A stretch of 64,000 bases of DNA. Source: Felis catus. Lineage: Eukaryota. The position numbers and the translations under genes were made by a program. How positions within the stretch are numbered: position 1 is the stretch's first letter; every line of letters starts with the position of its first letter. A model generated the notes under the pieces. That model was not told where the DNA came from and searched no databases. It saw nothing but the letters and a program-made list of their open reading frames with translations. Shown piece by piece: positions 51,671-64,000 of the stretch. The stretch lies in the NCBI RefSeq assembly GCF_018350175.1, contig NC_058368.1, positions 30,072,001 to 30,136,000 of the forward strand, in the 5' to 3' direction.

Positions 51671-51850
51671 GGGGTGCCTGGGTGGCTTGGTCGGTTGAGG
51701 TCTGATTTCAGCTCATGTCATGATCTTACGGTTCATGGGTTCGAGTCTTGCTACTGTCAGCACAGAGCCCGTTACAGATCCTCTGTCTCCTTTCTCTCTG
51801 CCCCTCCCCTGCTCATGCTCTCTCTCTCAAAAATGAATAAACATTTATTT
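51671..51850 (+). mobile_element. Older CAN-SINE with small internal deletions
   Basis: ggggtgcctgggtggct head; TSD aaaaatgttggaagt / aaaaaagttagaagt. Confidence 0.9.
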
Positions 51851-51904
51851 AAAAAAGTTAGAAGTATTTTGGGGGGGGAGCTGAGAGGAGATCTCTCTTT
51901 CTTG

Positions 51905-54452
51905 TGATAGTGAACTGAAAAATCTAGACAAGATGTATCTTGTAAAAGTCTGTTGGAAGCATTGAAGAGCTACCAGAGCAACTACAGCTTGAGAGGCCAA
52001 GGTCTTAGAGAGAAGAGTACAGAGAGGTAAATTCGAGGTAAAGGGAAAAGTGTCTAAAGAAGTGTCTAAAGAAGCAGCAGAGAGGTTGAGAAACTGAGCA
52101 GACATTGATGGCTGAAAGGTAGAGAAGCCAAACATAACTTTGGGTTGTTTCATGGACTAGGGGACAGAAACTGGAATTCAGGGCCAGCTCAAGGAGGAAG
52201 ACCTTGGCAAACCTTCCAGGGTTGTATTTAGGCCCCTGGACAGCCTATACCTTAGGAATGAGCATGGACCAGAAATAGATCAGTCCCACAAAACAGATCA
52301 TTCTCTGATCAGATTAAGATGACATTCCTATATTCTGTCAGAAGCAAAAGTAAATGCAGTCTCGAACAAGGTGACATTATCTATGGTCTCAAACTATTTC
52401 TTCAAATTTTGATATCTAGAATTCAATAAACAATCACTGGCAATTCCAGGAGATAAGCATAGGTTTCTGAAAATCAGGAGAAAAAGCACAACAGAAACAG
52501 ACTTGGAAGAGATCCAGATACGAAAGTTATCTGACAGAAACTTTACAAACATGATGAAAATAAAGGGTAAGATGGAGAATTTTAACAGATAATAACTTTT
52601 AAACATAAACAATGGAAAGTTTAAAAGTGAAAAATGACAACTGAAATTCGATAACTCAATAGATATGTTTAATGGCAGATAAAAAATGCTTAAGAGAAAA
52701 TTAGTGAATTGGAAGATAAACCAGAAAATACTCTCAGCATAAGAGAAATATGGGATCTAGTTAAATAGATCAAACATATTTTGAACATGGTTTTCATTGA
52801 GGGGTACATTTAGAACCCCTCAATGAAAAAAGAAAGAGATTGGAACAGAAGCCACGTTTGAAGGGATGGTGGCCAAGAATTCTTCAAAAATAGTGAAAGA
52901 TACCAAGGGAGCATTACAAATGGCTGTTAGGATAATATAAAGAATGTCATACTAAGCATATCATGGTAAAACCACTGCAAACAAAAGAAGAGAGGGTATT
53001 GAAAGCAGACAGAAACCAAAATAAGTCATATGACTTCCCCAAAGAAACAATGGAGGTTAGCTAGCAACGACATTGTCTGTTCAAAGTTTTGAAAGATTGC
53101 TTTGAATTATTTACTCAAAATTGTCAAAACATAAGCTAACCTAGAATTCTATCCCTGTAAAAATGCCCTTTGAAAAGAAATCAAAAGGCATAATTTTAGA
53201 CTCACCCACTGCCCCCTAAAAAGTGAGATAATTTTATTACTAGCTGACCTGTGTTACAATAAATACTGGAGTGAGTTCCTCTGAAAGATGATTCCAGACA
53301 GGAGCATGGAGAGACAAGGAAGAATGAAAAGCAATGTGAGGGGTAAATATATGGGTAGATCTACATGAATATTGAAAGCATTAAATAATAATAATGTTGT
53401 TTTGTGGGGTTTAAATATCTATGGGGTAGACACATGACAAAAATAGAACAAAAGGCTGGAAAATGGATAAACAGAACTATATTGTTCTAAGTTCCTTGCG
53501 TTATGTCATAGTCAAAGTCAAGGAGGCAGTTTTAATCCAGGGTAACCCTTAAAGGAAAAGTAAAAGTATGATCAACCAGATAGTAAAAGGGGGAATGGAA
53601 TAATAAAAATGTTTTATTAAAACAAAATAAGGCAAGAAATGAGAACAAAGGAGCATGGAACAAATTGGAGAAAGAAAAAATGTACAGCAAGATAGTAGAG
53701 TTAGACCCATATATATCACTAAGTGCATTAAATGAAAGGCTAAATACTTCAATTAAAAGACAAATACTGTCAAATTGGATTTAAAAACTTTATGCTGCCA
53801 ATAGTAAACAGCTTAAAAATAAAGGTGCAGAAAGGTAGACAGTAAAAGATGACAAAGATGTTCCTTACTAACATTAACCAAAAGAAAGCTGTTTTGCTAA
53901 ATGAATAACACTCCAAGTGTTCATTTGCTAAATGAATAATGCCAAGTAGGCATTAAGGCAAGAACTACTAGAAGGATATTCCACAATGATAAAATGGTTA
54001 AGTTGCCGGGAAGTAACACTGACAAATTTGCATGGATATAATAAGAAAGTGTCAAAGTTGACAAAGCAAAAACCGATAGAACCAAAGTGAGTCCAAGGCA
54101 AACCCTCAATAGTCTTAGGCAATTCTAATAGACCTCTTTCAGTGACTGATAGGATGAGCAGAGGAAAATAATTAGGATATTGAAGAACTGAACATGGTTA
54201 ACACACTTGACCCAATTAACAAACAGGAACACACGGCATCCAACAACTGCAGTGCAACCGAAAGTGAGTCTCAACAAATTTCCAAATATTAAATTCATAT
54301 AGAGGATGTTCTCTGATCACAGTAGAATTAAACTAAAAATCAATCATGAAAAGATAATTAGAAGTATCCTCATACATTTGGAAATTAAGCAGTATGCTTC
54401 TAAATAAACTATGGGTCAAAGAAGAAATCACAATGGAAATTAGAACTTATTT
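51905..54452 (+). mobile_element. Old L1M remnant: 5' region, decayed ORF1 and endonuclease part of ORF2
   Basis: From ~53700 traces of ...LNTSIKRQILSNWI, LGNSNRPLS (GDFNTPLS-like), FSDHSRIKLKIN and WVKEEITMEIR with stops/frameshifts. Confidence 0.8.
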
Positions 54453-56479
54453 AAGCTTTGGAAAGAGAACTGATATCATTATGCTAAAATCATAACCACA
54501 GCAGCGAAGGAGCTCGCCCAAGGAGACTGCATAGAATCTTTCTCATTCTCTTTTTGTCAAAGTTTCAAGGAATGTTGCATCTGAGACATGGAAAAGCCAC
54601 GGTAGGTCTTTTCAGGTGTTTGTTCTGTAGTTTACTGTATTTAATCTTATAGGTTACACGGTCAACTTGTAGTGGCTTTCTGGGACAATCATGATAATCA
54701 TATTAGAAATACTGAACACTGTGCCCTGGCATAGAAGTGGTATTTCTATTATCCAAATGATCTGTCAGATGGCCTGAGTCCTTTCCTTTTCTTATTCGTG
54801 TTACTCCTCCCTGGGAAAAAAATCTGGCAGATGTTTAGGAACACAGCGAAGCACTTCACACCATTATTTAACCAAGCACACTGTGAGAAGTAATTAAGAA
54901 TCCTGCCCTCCGTTTGCTCAAATATGAAGGAAAGGGATATATAAACAAAATGAGAGAAATTAGATGTTTCTGTGTTCAGCATAAAGGCAAAGTTGGCTTT
55001 TTAATAAAAGCATTGTTTTCATGTGCAAACCTTCAAAAAGCTTCTTCTTAGGGATGATTACATGATTAAATAATAATTACATCTATAAGTTATGAAATGG
55101 AAGATGATGCTGTATGTTGCTCTGTCTGTCCCTCTGAATAGGATCATAGGCTTTCAATGCCACAAGTATTCAAGGCTTGTCACATCAGAGACCCTTAGAA
55201 GCCCATGAAGCCAAAAGTGGTGCTAAGTTATGCTAATGTTAGTTACTGTGCTCTGAGGGCCTGGGTCTTTCATTGCAGGTTATCACAAATTAATTGTATA
55301 GATTAATCACCAGAGCTAGATTTAGGGGGTTAAGGAACTTTTTGGTTCCTCTCATAGTCCTCCCCTAGCTTTAACCTCCAAACTACCAGCTCATCAGCTG
55401 CAGAGCACTGTTGGCTTCTATTGGAAATGCAAAATTCTTCCTTGATGTTAGGATGAAGGGGCTGCGTTTGTAATATTGTGCTCATAAAACAAACTTCATT
55501 CTTTCCCAAGTAATTGGCTTCCTGCTGACAGGAGCACTAAAGAGATGTCTGACAAGAGTTTGAATTGGTGCGTTAGTACCTTTCTTATGTATCTCTCTCC
55601 ATGCGCTGTTTATATTTTCTCCTGTTAGCACACCCTTCACTTGCTAAAGATGAATTTGAATTTTCAGTGTGTGCTTGTACAGTCTTATTAGTGATTTGTA
55701 GTTGTATCGAGTGCTCATGCCTTTGTAACTGTAAACTTCATGGTTCGGCTAGACCACACGAAATCATAAGGTCCTGGAAGTCTGAGTAGCCCCAAGTGGC
55801 CCCAGGGTTTTTATCTTCTGTTTTATGCCCCTTTGTTTGTTCAGAGAGACAACTTGGATTTTATTAGATGCAAGAGATAGTTCTATTTCCAGTGTCTTGC
55901 CCCTTAGTCTGTTAAAGAGCACAAGTTGACTCTCCTTTCAAAGGAGTGTTCAAACCTGCTTTCAGTGATTGCTTTTGGGAGAAAAGCAGTGCAGATCCTA
56001 AAGTGTTGGGACTGAAGTGGTTCTGGGGCATGTTTAAATAGGTGACTGGATCAGAACGGAAATATTTCTGAGGATGGCTGCCATGTTAAGGCAATAATGG
56101 TGGTGCTGAAATTCCTTGGTGTCAGGGCTGATAGGTGGAGTCAGGGCTTTGAGGTGCTTTTGCTGAAAAAATGGGGTGAGGGAATTCAGAAAATATGGTT
56201 TTGCATACACTTCTTCTTCATTCCCATCCACCCCTAAAATCATGAGATGGAATTGCAGTGATGAAATATGTTCCTATCAAACTCTATAAAGAATACGAAG
56301 TAGGAAATTCCAAATGTCTTCTGTCTTCTCTTTATCAATTAAGAAAGCTTACATTTAGTGTCTGTGACTGGAATGCAGATCTTAAATACATAAACTAAGG
56401 CAGCAGTTTAAGAGAATGTTGTCCACAAAGGTGGAATTAAATCACATGAAAATCAGTCGTGATACTGCTTAATAGAGAA

Positions 56480-56625
56480 CACATGGGTGTAACAATGGAA
56501 AGACTTGGATTCCAAGCTTAGTTTTCCTATCTACTTCTTGCATGACCTATTTGGAACAAGTCCCTTGATCTTTCTGGGCCTCAGTTTCTCCAAGTATAAC
56601 TTGGAGGGTTTGGGGAAGTGCTAAG
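56480..56625 (+). mobile_element. MIR remnant
   Basis: gacttggattccaag...aacaagtcccttgatctttctgggcctcagtttctccaagtataa. Confidence 0.7.
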
Positions 56626-57009
56626 GAGCCTGTGAGTCTGTGAATTATGCCTAGGGTACTTATCAGACTTGGATTGGTGTATTGCGAGTAACTGACATAT
56701 ATGGGCGGGGTTGGTATTCTAAATATTTTCCAGCCCTACAGCAGAAGTGAAAATGGAGGTTTGATATCAACAACCAGTAGCATTGTACCTGTTCATGTTT
56801 GCTACAACTACACTTACGGGAATGAAACCCTGGCTATTTGTGTCAAATTGTTAAGGCAAAACAGACTTAGGAATCAGCAATCCCTCTTCCTGTCTTTCCA
56901 GGTTGTCCCATCTTCTGTTAGAAGAAGCATGTTGTGATAATGAAGATTTGCTGAAGGCAGATAACACAAATACACCAGGGCTTAGGGGCATGGTTGGAGA
57001 TCTCAGTAA

Positions 57010-57494
57010 CATGGTGGACTGTTCCAGTAATGGCACCAGTGAATCATACCTCCTGGTATCCACACCCTCTAGTAGTCCTTTCCCACATTGACTCTGGCCT
57101 TGGCTATGTGACTTGATTTGGCAACAGGGCGTTAACGAATGTGACCCAAGCAGAGGCATAACAAATGCTTTCTTAGTCGGGCTTGCTCCATCTCTTGCTG
57201 CTTTTGGAACACGACCGCTATGTGAAGAAGTCTTCTGGCCTCTTGCTGACCCATGGTCCAGCTGACAGCTTGCACCATTTGCCAGATGTTTGAGTGAGGC
57301 TTGGACTAAACAGCCCCATATGAGCAGACAGATGACTATAAAAACATGAGCAACCCCAGGGGAGACCAGAAAAGGAACCACCCAACTGAACTCTGCCCAA
57401 TCTGCTGACCACAGAATCAGGAAAAATAAAATGGTGGTTATTTAAGCCACTAAGTATTGGATTGGTTTGGTATACAGCAATAGATATTTGATAC
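57010..57494 (+). mobile_element. MLT1 solo LTR
   Basis: ttcccacattgactctggccttggctatgtgacttgatttggc...aataaaatggtggttatttaagccactaagt...atacagcaatagatatttgataca. Confidence 0.85.
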
Positions 57495-58059
57495 AACAAG
57501 TGCAGAATCTCCAAGTTAGGTGGAAGGGAGGGGCATTGGTGGGAAGAAAGAGAGTTGAAGTCTCCATCATTTTCTTCTTTGAAGTTGGGATCAAGGATTT
57601 GCATCTAGTTCCTAGATGGGCCAAGAAGCTCCTTCTTACATATGTGGCCAAGTACACTTGGTTTCAGGAAAAGCATAGGTAGTTTTTCCTTGTCCTTCTT
57701 AGTGAAGCACACAGGTAGGTTTTCCCTCTTGCATTTCCCTCGGTCTCAATTTTTCTATTTCGTTCAGAATGCAACAAGGATCAGTTGGCCTGGACTTTTC
57801 TTATTAACTCAGTGGGTGGCTATTATCAAGAGATTTTGTAGAATATTATGAGAATAAAAGGGTTCTTGGGAAATAGGTGAAAATATAAGATTTTAAAATG
57901 AGAAGTATGATATTTTCCAAATGTCTGTATACAGCCTGCAACCATCTTGCCTTCAGCACATCTTTGAGATAATAAAAAAATCCATTTTGTCTTTGTCCTA
58001 ATGTTTCTGATATCTTCCCTCTGGCAGCCACAAGTCAAAGAGTTTATATAAAACAAAAC

Positions 58060-59482
58060 CCTGAGGACTTCTGCTTTTTTTCATAAATAACTCTAAACCT
58101 AGACAAATGTATAAGGCAACTATTTTCAGGTATTGAACAACAAGAAGCACAATCCCCAAAAGAAGGGAAACTCACTCCCTATGTTCATCCAGGTCTCTTC
58201 CCAAGTTTCCAACTGTGGTACAGAAAGCTGGAGTCCACACAGAGTGTGATAGTCTAGTTGACCTAAGAGGCAGAGACAGGAGTTGGGGGCTACTCAAGTG
58301 GATGGAAACTACATATCAGGGCACTGGGGAATAGGGAGCTATGCTGGATGATGAAAGAAGAGTGAGGAGTCTGTATGGGAGTTCCCATGAATTCTTCACC
58401 GAGGACTGGGACACATATTCTGGGGCAAGATTATACGGAGCTTATCATGGCAGGCCTGAGGGTAGAACAGAGGTACCAGAGGTTGAATGCTACTGGAAGA
58501 TGTTGGAGTTCTGACCTAGCCTAAGGAGAGAGTTCTTGTTAGCACCCCAGGCATTTATCTGAGATACCAGAGAGGTCCTACTCTAGAAGAAATGACCATG
58601 TTGTCTTATAGTAAGGCTTACTCTAGACCTACCCTATTGAAGCCTAAAAATCCAAGCTTTGTCAAGATGTTCAGAGAGACAGTTTGGAAATTTCCACTAA
58701 GTTATAGAGAATGAGGATCAACTAGAGTTTTCCACAGCCTAAAACCTAAGCTAACAAGTTCAAATTTAGTAGCTAATAGTTAGTTTGACTGTCAAAGACA
58801 TTACAAGAAAAAAACTATCAACCGATGCCTCTCATTAACATAGATGTAAAAATAAAAATTTTAGCAAATCAAATCCATCAATAGCTAGAAAAAACGTAAT
58901 ACCGCACGACCGTGTAAGGTTGATCCTAGAAATATAAGGATGGTTTAACATTTGAAAACTAATATATGTAATCCATCACCCCAACAAAATAAAGGAGAAA
59001 TAAATAATCTCAGTAGAAACTGGAGAAAACATTTGATGAAATTCTTACAACCACGTATGATAAGATCTCTCAGCAAATTAGGAATAGAAAGAGTCTCCAA
59101 CATTGATAATGAACACAGTAACTATATCTGCAACAAATATAGTTACTGATGAAGCATCAAATGTTGTTCTCTAAGAATGAGAATATGGCAAAAATATTTG
59201 CTCTCATCACCTCTATTCAATATTGTACTAGAGGTCCTAGTAGTCATATCAAGCAAGAAAAAAGGAATAAAAGGAACAAATATTCGGGAAGACTGTTTTC
59301 ATTCACAAATGACATGACAGAAAAGCCTGAGTCTATAAAAAAAAAACAAAGAAATAAACAATTAGAATTAATGTTTCAGGATGCATCCAAGAAAAAAAAA
59401 ACAACTGTATTCTATATATTAACAACAAACAACTACAAAATAAACATTAAAAAACATTTAGGATAATATCAAAAACAAAATA
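58060..59482 (+). mobile_element. Old L1M remnant: 5'-end-like sequence joined to a decayed ORF2 RT segment
   Basis: 58795-59480 translates brokenly to NYQPMPLINIDVK..ILANQI, GWFNI, FTNDM (FADDM-like) and KHLG; 58060-58790 resembles L1MC/MD 5' ends. Confidence 0.8.
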
Positions 59483-59713
59483 TTTTTTTTTTCATATGAA
59501 ATTTATTGACAAATTGGTTTCCATACAACACCCAGTGCTCATCCCAAAAGGTGCCCTCCTCAATACCCATCACCCACCCTCTCCTCCCTCCCACCCCCCA
59601 TCAACCCTCAGTTTGTTCTCAGTTTTTAAGAGTCTCTTATGCTTTGGCTCTCTCCCACTCTAACCTGTTTTTTTTTTTTTCCTTCCCCTCCCCCATGGGT
59701 TCCTGTTAATTTC

Positions 59714-62700
59714 TCAGGGTCCACATAAGAGTGAAACCATATGGTATCTGTCTTTCTCTGTATGACTTATTTCACTTAGCATCACACTCTCCAGTTCCAT
59801 CCACGTTGCTACAAAAGGCCATATTTCATTTTTTCTCATTGCCACGTAGTACTCCATTGTGTATATAAACCACAATTTCTTTATCCATTCATCAGTTGAT
59901 GGACATTTAGGCTCTTTCCATAATTTGGCTATTGTTGAGAGTGCTGCTATGAACATTGGGGTACAAGTGGCCCTATGCATCAGTACTCCTGTATCCCTTG
60001 GATAAATTCCTAGCAGTGCTATTGCTGGGTCATAGGGTAGGTCTATTTTTAATTTTCTGAGGAACCTCCACACTGCTTTCCAGAGCGGCTGCACCAATTT
60101 GCATTCCCACCAACAGTGCAAGAGGGTTCCCGTTTCTCCACATCCTCTCCAGCATCTAGAGTCTCCTGATTTGTTCATTTTGGCCACTCTGACTGGCGTG
60201 AGGTGATACCTGAGTGTGGTTTTGATTTGTATTTCCCTGATAAGGAGCGACGCTGAACATCTTTTCATGTGCCTGTTGGCCATCCGGATGTCTTCTTTAG
60301 AGAAGTGTCTATTCATGTTTTCTGCCCATTTCTTCACTGGGTTATTTGTTTTTCGGGTGTGAAGTTTGGTGAGCTCTTTATAGATTTTGGATACTAGCCC
60401 TTTGTCCGATATGTCATTTGCGAATATCTTTTCCCATTCCGTTGGTTGCCTTTTAGTTTTGTTGGTTGTTTCCTTTGCTGTGCAGAAGCTTTTTATCTTC
60501 ATAAGGTCCCAGTAATTCACTTTTGCTTTTAATTCCCTTGCCTTTGGGGATGTGTTGAGTAAGAGATTGCTACGGCTGAGGTCAGAGAGGTCTTTTCCTG
60601 CTTTCTCCTCTAAGGTTTTGATGGTTTCCTGTCTCACATTTAGGTCCTTTATCCATTTGGAGTTTATTTTTGTGAATGGTGTGAGAAAGTGGTCTAGTTT
60701 CAACCTTCTGCATGTTGCTGTCCAGTTCTCCCAGCACCATTTGTTAAAGAGGCTGTCTTTTTTCCATTGGATGTTCTTTCCTGCTTTGTCAAAGATGAGT
60801 TGGCCATACGTTTGTGGGTCTAGTTCTGGGGTTTCTATTCTATTCCATTGGTCTATGTGTCTGTTTTTGTGCCAATACCATGCTGTCTTGATGATGACAG
60901 CTTTGTAGTAGAGGCTAAAGTCTGGGATTGTGATGCCTCCTGCTTTGGTCTTCTTCTTCAAAATTCCTTTGGCTATTCGGGGCCTTTTGTGGTTCCATAT
61001 GAATTTTAGGATTGCTTGTTCTAGTTTCGAGAAGAATGCTGGTGCAATTTTGATTGGGATTGCATTGAATGTGTAGATAGCTTTGGGTAGTATTGACATT
61101 TTGACAATATTTATTTTTCCAATCCATGAGCAGGGAATGTCTTTCCATTTCTTTAAATCTTCTTCAATTTCCTTCATAAGCTTTCTATAGTTTTCAGCAT
61201 ACAGATCCTTTACATCTTTGGTTAGATTTATTCCTAGGTATTTTATGCTTCTTGGTGCAATTGTGAATGGGATCAGTTTCTTTATTTGTCTTTCTGTTGC
61301 TTCATTGTTAGTGTATAAGAATGCAACTGATTTCTGTACATTGATTTTGTATCCTGCAACTTTGCTGAATTCCTGTATCAGTTTTAGTAGACTTTTGGTG
61401 GAGTCTATCGGATTTTCCATGTATAATATCATGTCATCTGCAAAAAGCGAAAGCTTGACTTCATCTTTGCCAATTTTGATGCCTTTGATTTCCTTTTGTT
61501 GTCTGATTGCTGATGCTAGAACTTCCAACACTATGTTAAACAGCAGCGGTGAGAGTGGGCATCCTTGTCGTGTTCCTGATCTCAGGGAAAAAGCTCTCAG
61601 TTTTTCCCCATTGAGGATGATGTTAGCTGTGGGCTTTTCATAAATGGCTTTTATGATCTTTAAGTATGTTCCTTCTATCCCGACTTTCTCAAGGGCTTTT
61701 ATTAAGAAAGGGTGCTGGATTTTGTCAAAGGCCTTTTCTGCATCGATTGACAGGATCATATGGTTCTTCTCTTTTTTTTTGTTAATGTGATGTATCACGT
61801 TGATTGATTTGCGAATGTTGAACCAGCCCTGCATCCCAGGAATGAATCCCACTTGATCATGGTGAATAATTCTTTTTATATGCCGTTGAATTCGATTTGC
61901 TAGTATCTTATTGAGAATTTTTGCATCCATATTCATCAGGGATATTGGCCTGTAGTTCTCTTTTTTTACTGGGTCTCTGTCTGGTTTAGGAATCAAAGTA
62001 ATACTGGCTTCATAGAATGAGTCTGGAAGTTTTCCTTCCCTTTCTATTTCTTGGAATAGCTTGAGAAGGATAGGTATTATCTCTGCTTTAAACGTCTGGT
62101 AGAACTCCCCTGGGAAGCCATCTGGTCCTGGACTCTTATTTGTTGGGAGATTTTTGATAACCGATTCAATTTCTTCGCTGGTTATGGGTCTGTTCAAGCT
62201 TTCTATTTCCTCCTGGTTGAGTTTTGGAAGAGTGTGGGTGTTCAGGAATTTGTCCATTTCTTCCAGGTTGTCCAATTTGTTGGCATATAATTTTTCATAG
62301 TATTCCCTGATAATTGTTTGTATCTCTGAGGGATTGGTTGTAATAATTCCATTTTCATTCATGATTTTATCTATTTGGGTCATTTCCCTTTTCTTTTTGA
62401 GAAGCCTGGCTAGAGGTTTGTCAATTTTGTTTATTTTTTCAAAAAACCAACTCTTGGTTTCGTTGATCTGCTCTACAGTTTTTTTAGATTCTATATTGTT
62501 TATTTCTGCTCTGATCTTTATTATTTCTCTTCTTCTGCTGGGTTTAGGCCGCCTTTGCTGTTCTGCTTCTAGTTCCTTTAGGTGTGCTGTTAGATTTTGT
62601 ATTTGGGATTTTTCTTGTTTCTTGAGATAGGCCTGGATTGCAATGTATTTTCCTCTCAGGACTGCCTTCGCTGCGTCCCAAAGCGTTTGGATTGTTGTAT

Positions 62701-63538
62701 TTTCATTTTCGTTTGTTTCCATATATTTTTTAATTTCTTCTCTAATTGCCTGGTTGACCCACTCATTCGTTAGTAGGGTGTTCTTTAACCTCCATGCCTT
62801 TGGAGGTTTTCCAGACTTTTTTCTGTGGTTGATTTCAAGCTTCATAGCATTGTGGTCTGAAAGTATGCATGGTATAATTTCAATTCTTGTAAACTTATGA
62901 AGGGCTGTTTTGTGACCCAGTATATGATCTATCTTGGAGAATGTTCCATGTGCACTCGAGAAGAAAGTATATTCTGTTGCTTTGGGATGCAGCGTTCTAA
63001 ATATATCTGTCAAGTCCATCTGATCCAATGTCTCATTCAGGTCCCTTGTTTCTTTATTGACCGTGTGTCTAGATGATCTGTCCATTTCTGTAAGTGGGGT
63101 GTTAAAGTCCCCTGCAATTACCACATTCTTATCAATAAGGTTGCTTATGTTTATGAGTAATTGTTTTATATATTTGGGGGCTCCGGTATTCGGTGCATAG
63201 ACATTTATAATTGTTAGCTCTTCCTGATGGATAGACCCTGTAACTATTATATAATGTCCTTCTTCATCTCTTGTTACAGCCTTTAATTTAAAGTCTAGTT
63301 TGTCTGATATAAGTATGGCTACTCCAGCTTTCTTTTGGCTTCCAGTCGCATGATAAATAGTTCTCCATCCCCTCACTCTCAATCTAAAGGTGTCCTCAGG
63401 TCTAAAATGAGTCTCTTGTAGACAGCAAATAGATGGGTCTTGTTTTTTTATCCATTCTGATACCCTATGTCTTTTGGTTGGCGCATTTAATCCATTTACA
63501 TTCAGTGTTATTATAGAAAGATATGGGTTTAGAGTCAT
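59714..63538 (-). CDS. LINE-1 ORF2p (APE endonuclease + reverse transcriptase + CCHC domain), 1274 aa from the ATG at 63538
   Basis: Motifs [31 protein letters not shown] box [35 protein letters not shown]-x7-H-x4-C. The ORF track's start at 63592 is a GTG overlapping the ORF1 stop. Confidence 0.97.
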   Translation of the reverse strand: MTLNPYLSIITLNVNGLNAPTKRHRVSEWIKKQDPSICCLQETHFRPEDTFRLRVRGWRTIYHATGSQKKAGVAILISDKLDFKLKAVTRDEEGHYIIVTGSIHQEELTIINVYAPNTGAPKYIKQLLINISNLIDKNVVIAGDFNTPLTEMDRSSRHTVNKETRDLNETLDQMDLTDIFRTLHPKATEYTFFSSAHGTFSKIDHILGHKTALHKFTRIEIIPCILSDHNAMKLEINHRKKSGKPPKAWRLKNTLLTNEWVNQAIREEIKKYMETNENENTTIQTLWDAAKAVLRGKYIAIQAYLKKQEKSQIQNLTAHLKELEAEQQRRPKPSRRREIIKIRAEINNIESKKTVEQINETKSWFFEKINKIDKPLARLLKKKREMTQIDKIMNENGIITTNPSEIQTIIREYYEKLYANKLDNLEEMDKFLNTHTLPKLNQEEIESLNRPITSEEIESVIKNLPTNKSPGPDGFPGEFYQTFKAEIIPILLKLFQEIEREGKLPDSFYEASITLIPKPDRDPVKKENYRPISLMNMDAKILNKILANRIQRHIKRIIHHDQVGFIPGMQGWFNIRKSINVIHHINKKKEKNHMILSIDAEKAFDKIQHPFLIKALEKVGIEGTYLKIIKAIYEKPTANIILNGEKLRAFSLRSGTRQGCPLSPLLFNIVLEVLASAIRQQKEIKGIKIGKDEVKLSLFADDMILYMENPIDSTKSLLKLIQEFSKVAGYKINVQKSVAFLYTNNEATERQIKKLIPFTIAPRSIKYLGINLTKDVKDLYAENYRKLMKEIEEDLKKWKDIPCSWIGKINIVKMSILPKAIYTFNAIPIKIAPAFFSKLEQAILKFIWNHKRPRIAKGILKKKTKAGGITIPDFSLYYKAVIIKTAWYWHKNRHIDQWNRIETPELDPQTYGQLIFDKAGKNIQWKKDSLFNKWCWENWTATCRRLKLDHFLTPFTKINSKWIKDLNVRQETIKTLEEKAGKDLSDLSRSNLLLNTSPKARELKAKVNYWDLMKIKSFCTAKETTNKTKRQPTEWEKIFANDISDKGLVSKIYKELTKLHTRKTNNPVKKWAENMNRHFSKEDIRMANRHMKRCSASLLIREIQIKTTLRYHLTPVRVAKMNKSGDSRCWRGCGETGTLLHCWWECKLVQPLWKAVWRFLRKLKIDLPYDPAIALLGIYPRDTGVLMHRATCTPMFIAALSTIAKLWKEPKCPSTDEWIKKLWFIYTMEYYVAMRKNEIWPFVATWMELESVMLSEISHTEKDRYHMVSLLCGP

Positions 63539-63588
63539 TGTGATGTCTGTATGTTTTATGCTTGTAGTGATGTCTCTGGGACTTTGTC

Positions 63589-63999
63589 TCACAGGGTCCC
63601 CCTTAGGATCTCTTGTAGGGCTGGTTTAGTGGTGACAAATTCCTTCAGTTTTTGTTTGTTTGGGAAGACCTTTATCTCTCCTTCTATTCTAAATGACAGA
63701 CTTGCTGGATAAAGGATTCTCGGCTGCATATTTTTTCTGTCTAGCACCCTGAAAATCTCGTGCCAATTCTTTCTGGCCTGCCAAGTTTCAAAAGAGAGAT
63801 CAGTCACGAGTCTTATAGGTCTCCCTTTATATGTGAGGGCACGTTTACCCCTTGCTGCTTTCAGAATTTTCTCTTTATCCTTGTATTTTGCCAGTTTCAC
63901 TATGATATGTCGTGCAGAAGATCGATTCAAGTTACGTCTGAAGGGAGTTCTCTGTGCCTCTTGGATTTCAATGCCTTTTTCCTTCCCCAGTTCAGGGAA
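63589..63999 (-). CDS. LINE-1 ORF1p C-terminal part (RRM/CTD), 5' end outside the window
   Basis: Frame open to the window edge: [17 protein letters not shown]...RHIIVK...KEKILKAAR...QARK...YPASLS...KPALQEIL, stop TGA at 63589-63591. Confidence 0.95.
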   Translation of the reverse strand, partial: FPELGKEKGIEIQEAQRTPFRRNLNRSSARHIIVKLAKYKDKEKILKAARGKRALTYKGRPIRLVTDLSFETWQARKNWHEIFRVLDRKNMQPRILYPASLSFRIEGEIKVFPNKQKLKEFVTTKPALQEILRGTL

Positions 64000-64000
64000 G

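Larger units (their letters stand above)
59483..64000 (-). mobile_element. Young felid LINE-1, continues beyond the window
   Basis: ORF1 C-terminus, 50-nt spacer, intact ORF2, ~230-nt 3'UTR with G-rich tract (59566-59600), AATAAA (59502-59507) and A10 tail (59483-59492). Confidence 0.99.

Noticed and set aside
56851..57604. 176-aa and 128-aa ORFs, and a + strand acceptor near 56901
   Set aside because: Mostly MLT1 LTR sequence; no donor or homology support
60552..62900. Plus-strand ORFs of 85-141 aa inside the L1
   Set aside because: Antisense shadows of ORF2 codon bias, common in L1
63539..63592. 18-aa N-terminal extension giving a 1292-aa ORF2
   Set aside because: Starts at a GTG overlapping the ORF1 stop; the ATG at 63538 matches the usual ORF2p start
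63765..63785. ORF1 QARK in place of the human QARR motif as an inactivating change
   Set aside because: I recall RK as usual in carnivore L1; without a consensus alignment it cannot be called a defect
1..64000. CRISPR arrays, prokaryotic operons, endogenous viral ORFs or processed pseudogenes
   Set aside because: No repeat-spacer array, no non-L1 long ORF and no recognisable mRNA-derived segment seen

Overview
Mammalian non-coding genomic DNA, almost certainly from a felid, judged by several young SINEC_Fc-type CAN-SINEs and a carnivore-type LINE-1. I recognise no host protein-coding exon, RNA gene or CpG-island promoter, so the window reads as deep intronic or intergenic sequence. The only real coding sequence is a young minus-strand L1 (59483 to beyond 64000) with an uninterrupted 1274-aa ORF2 and an open ORF1 C-terminus, inserted antisense into an older L1. 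The rest is layered repeats: CAN-SINEs with target-site duplications (TSDs), MLT/MaLR LTRs, L2, MIR, old L1M, a Tigger-type MITE and microsatellites. Between them lie repeat-free blocks with enhancer-like motif clusters. Best second-look items are the potentially active L1, a ~95% identical inverted SINE pair ~105 bp apart, an 89-bp tandem duplication anchored on (GAA)n tracts, a GATA/T-box/NKX2 motif cluster, and single strong RE1, X-box and CTCF motifs. I found no convincing undescribed biological system. Repeat subfamily names are from recall and old-repeat boundaries are approximate.
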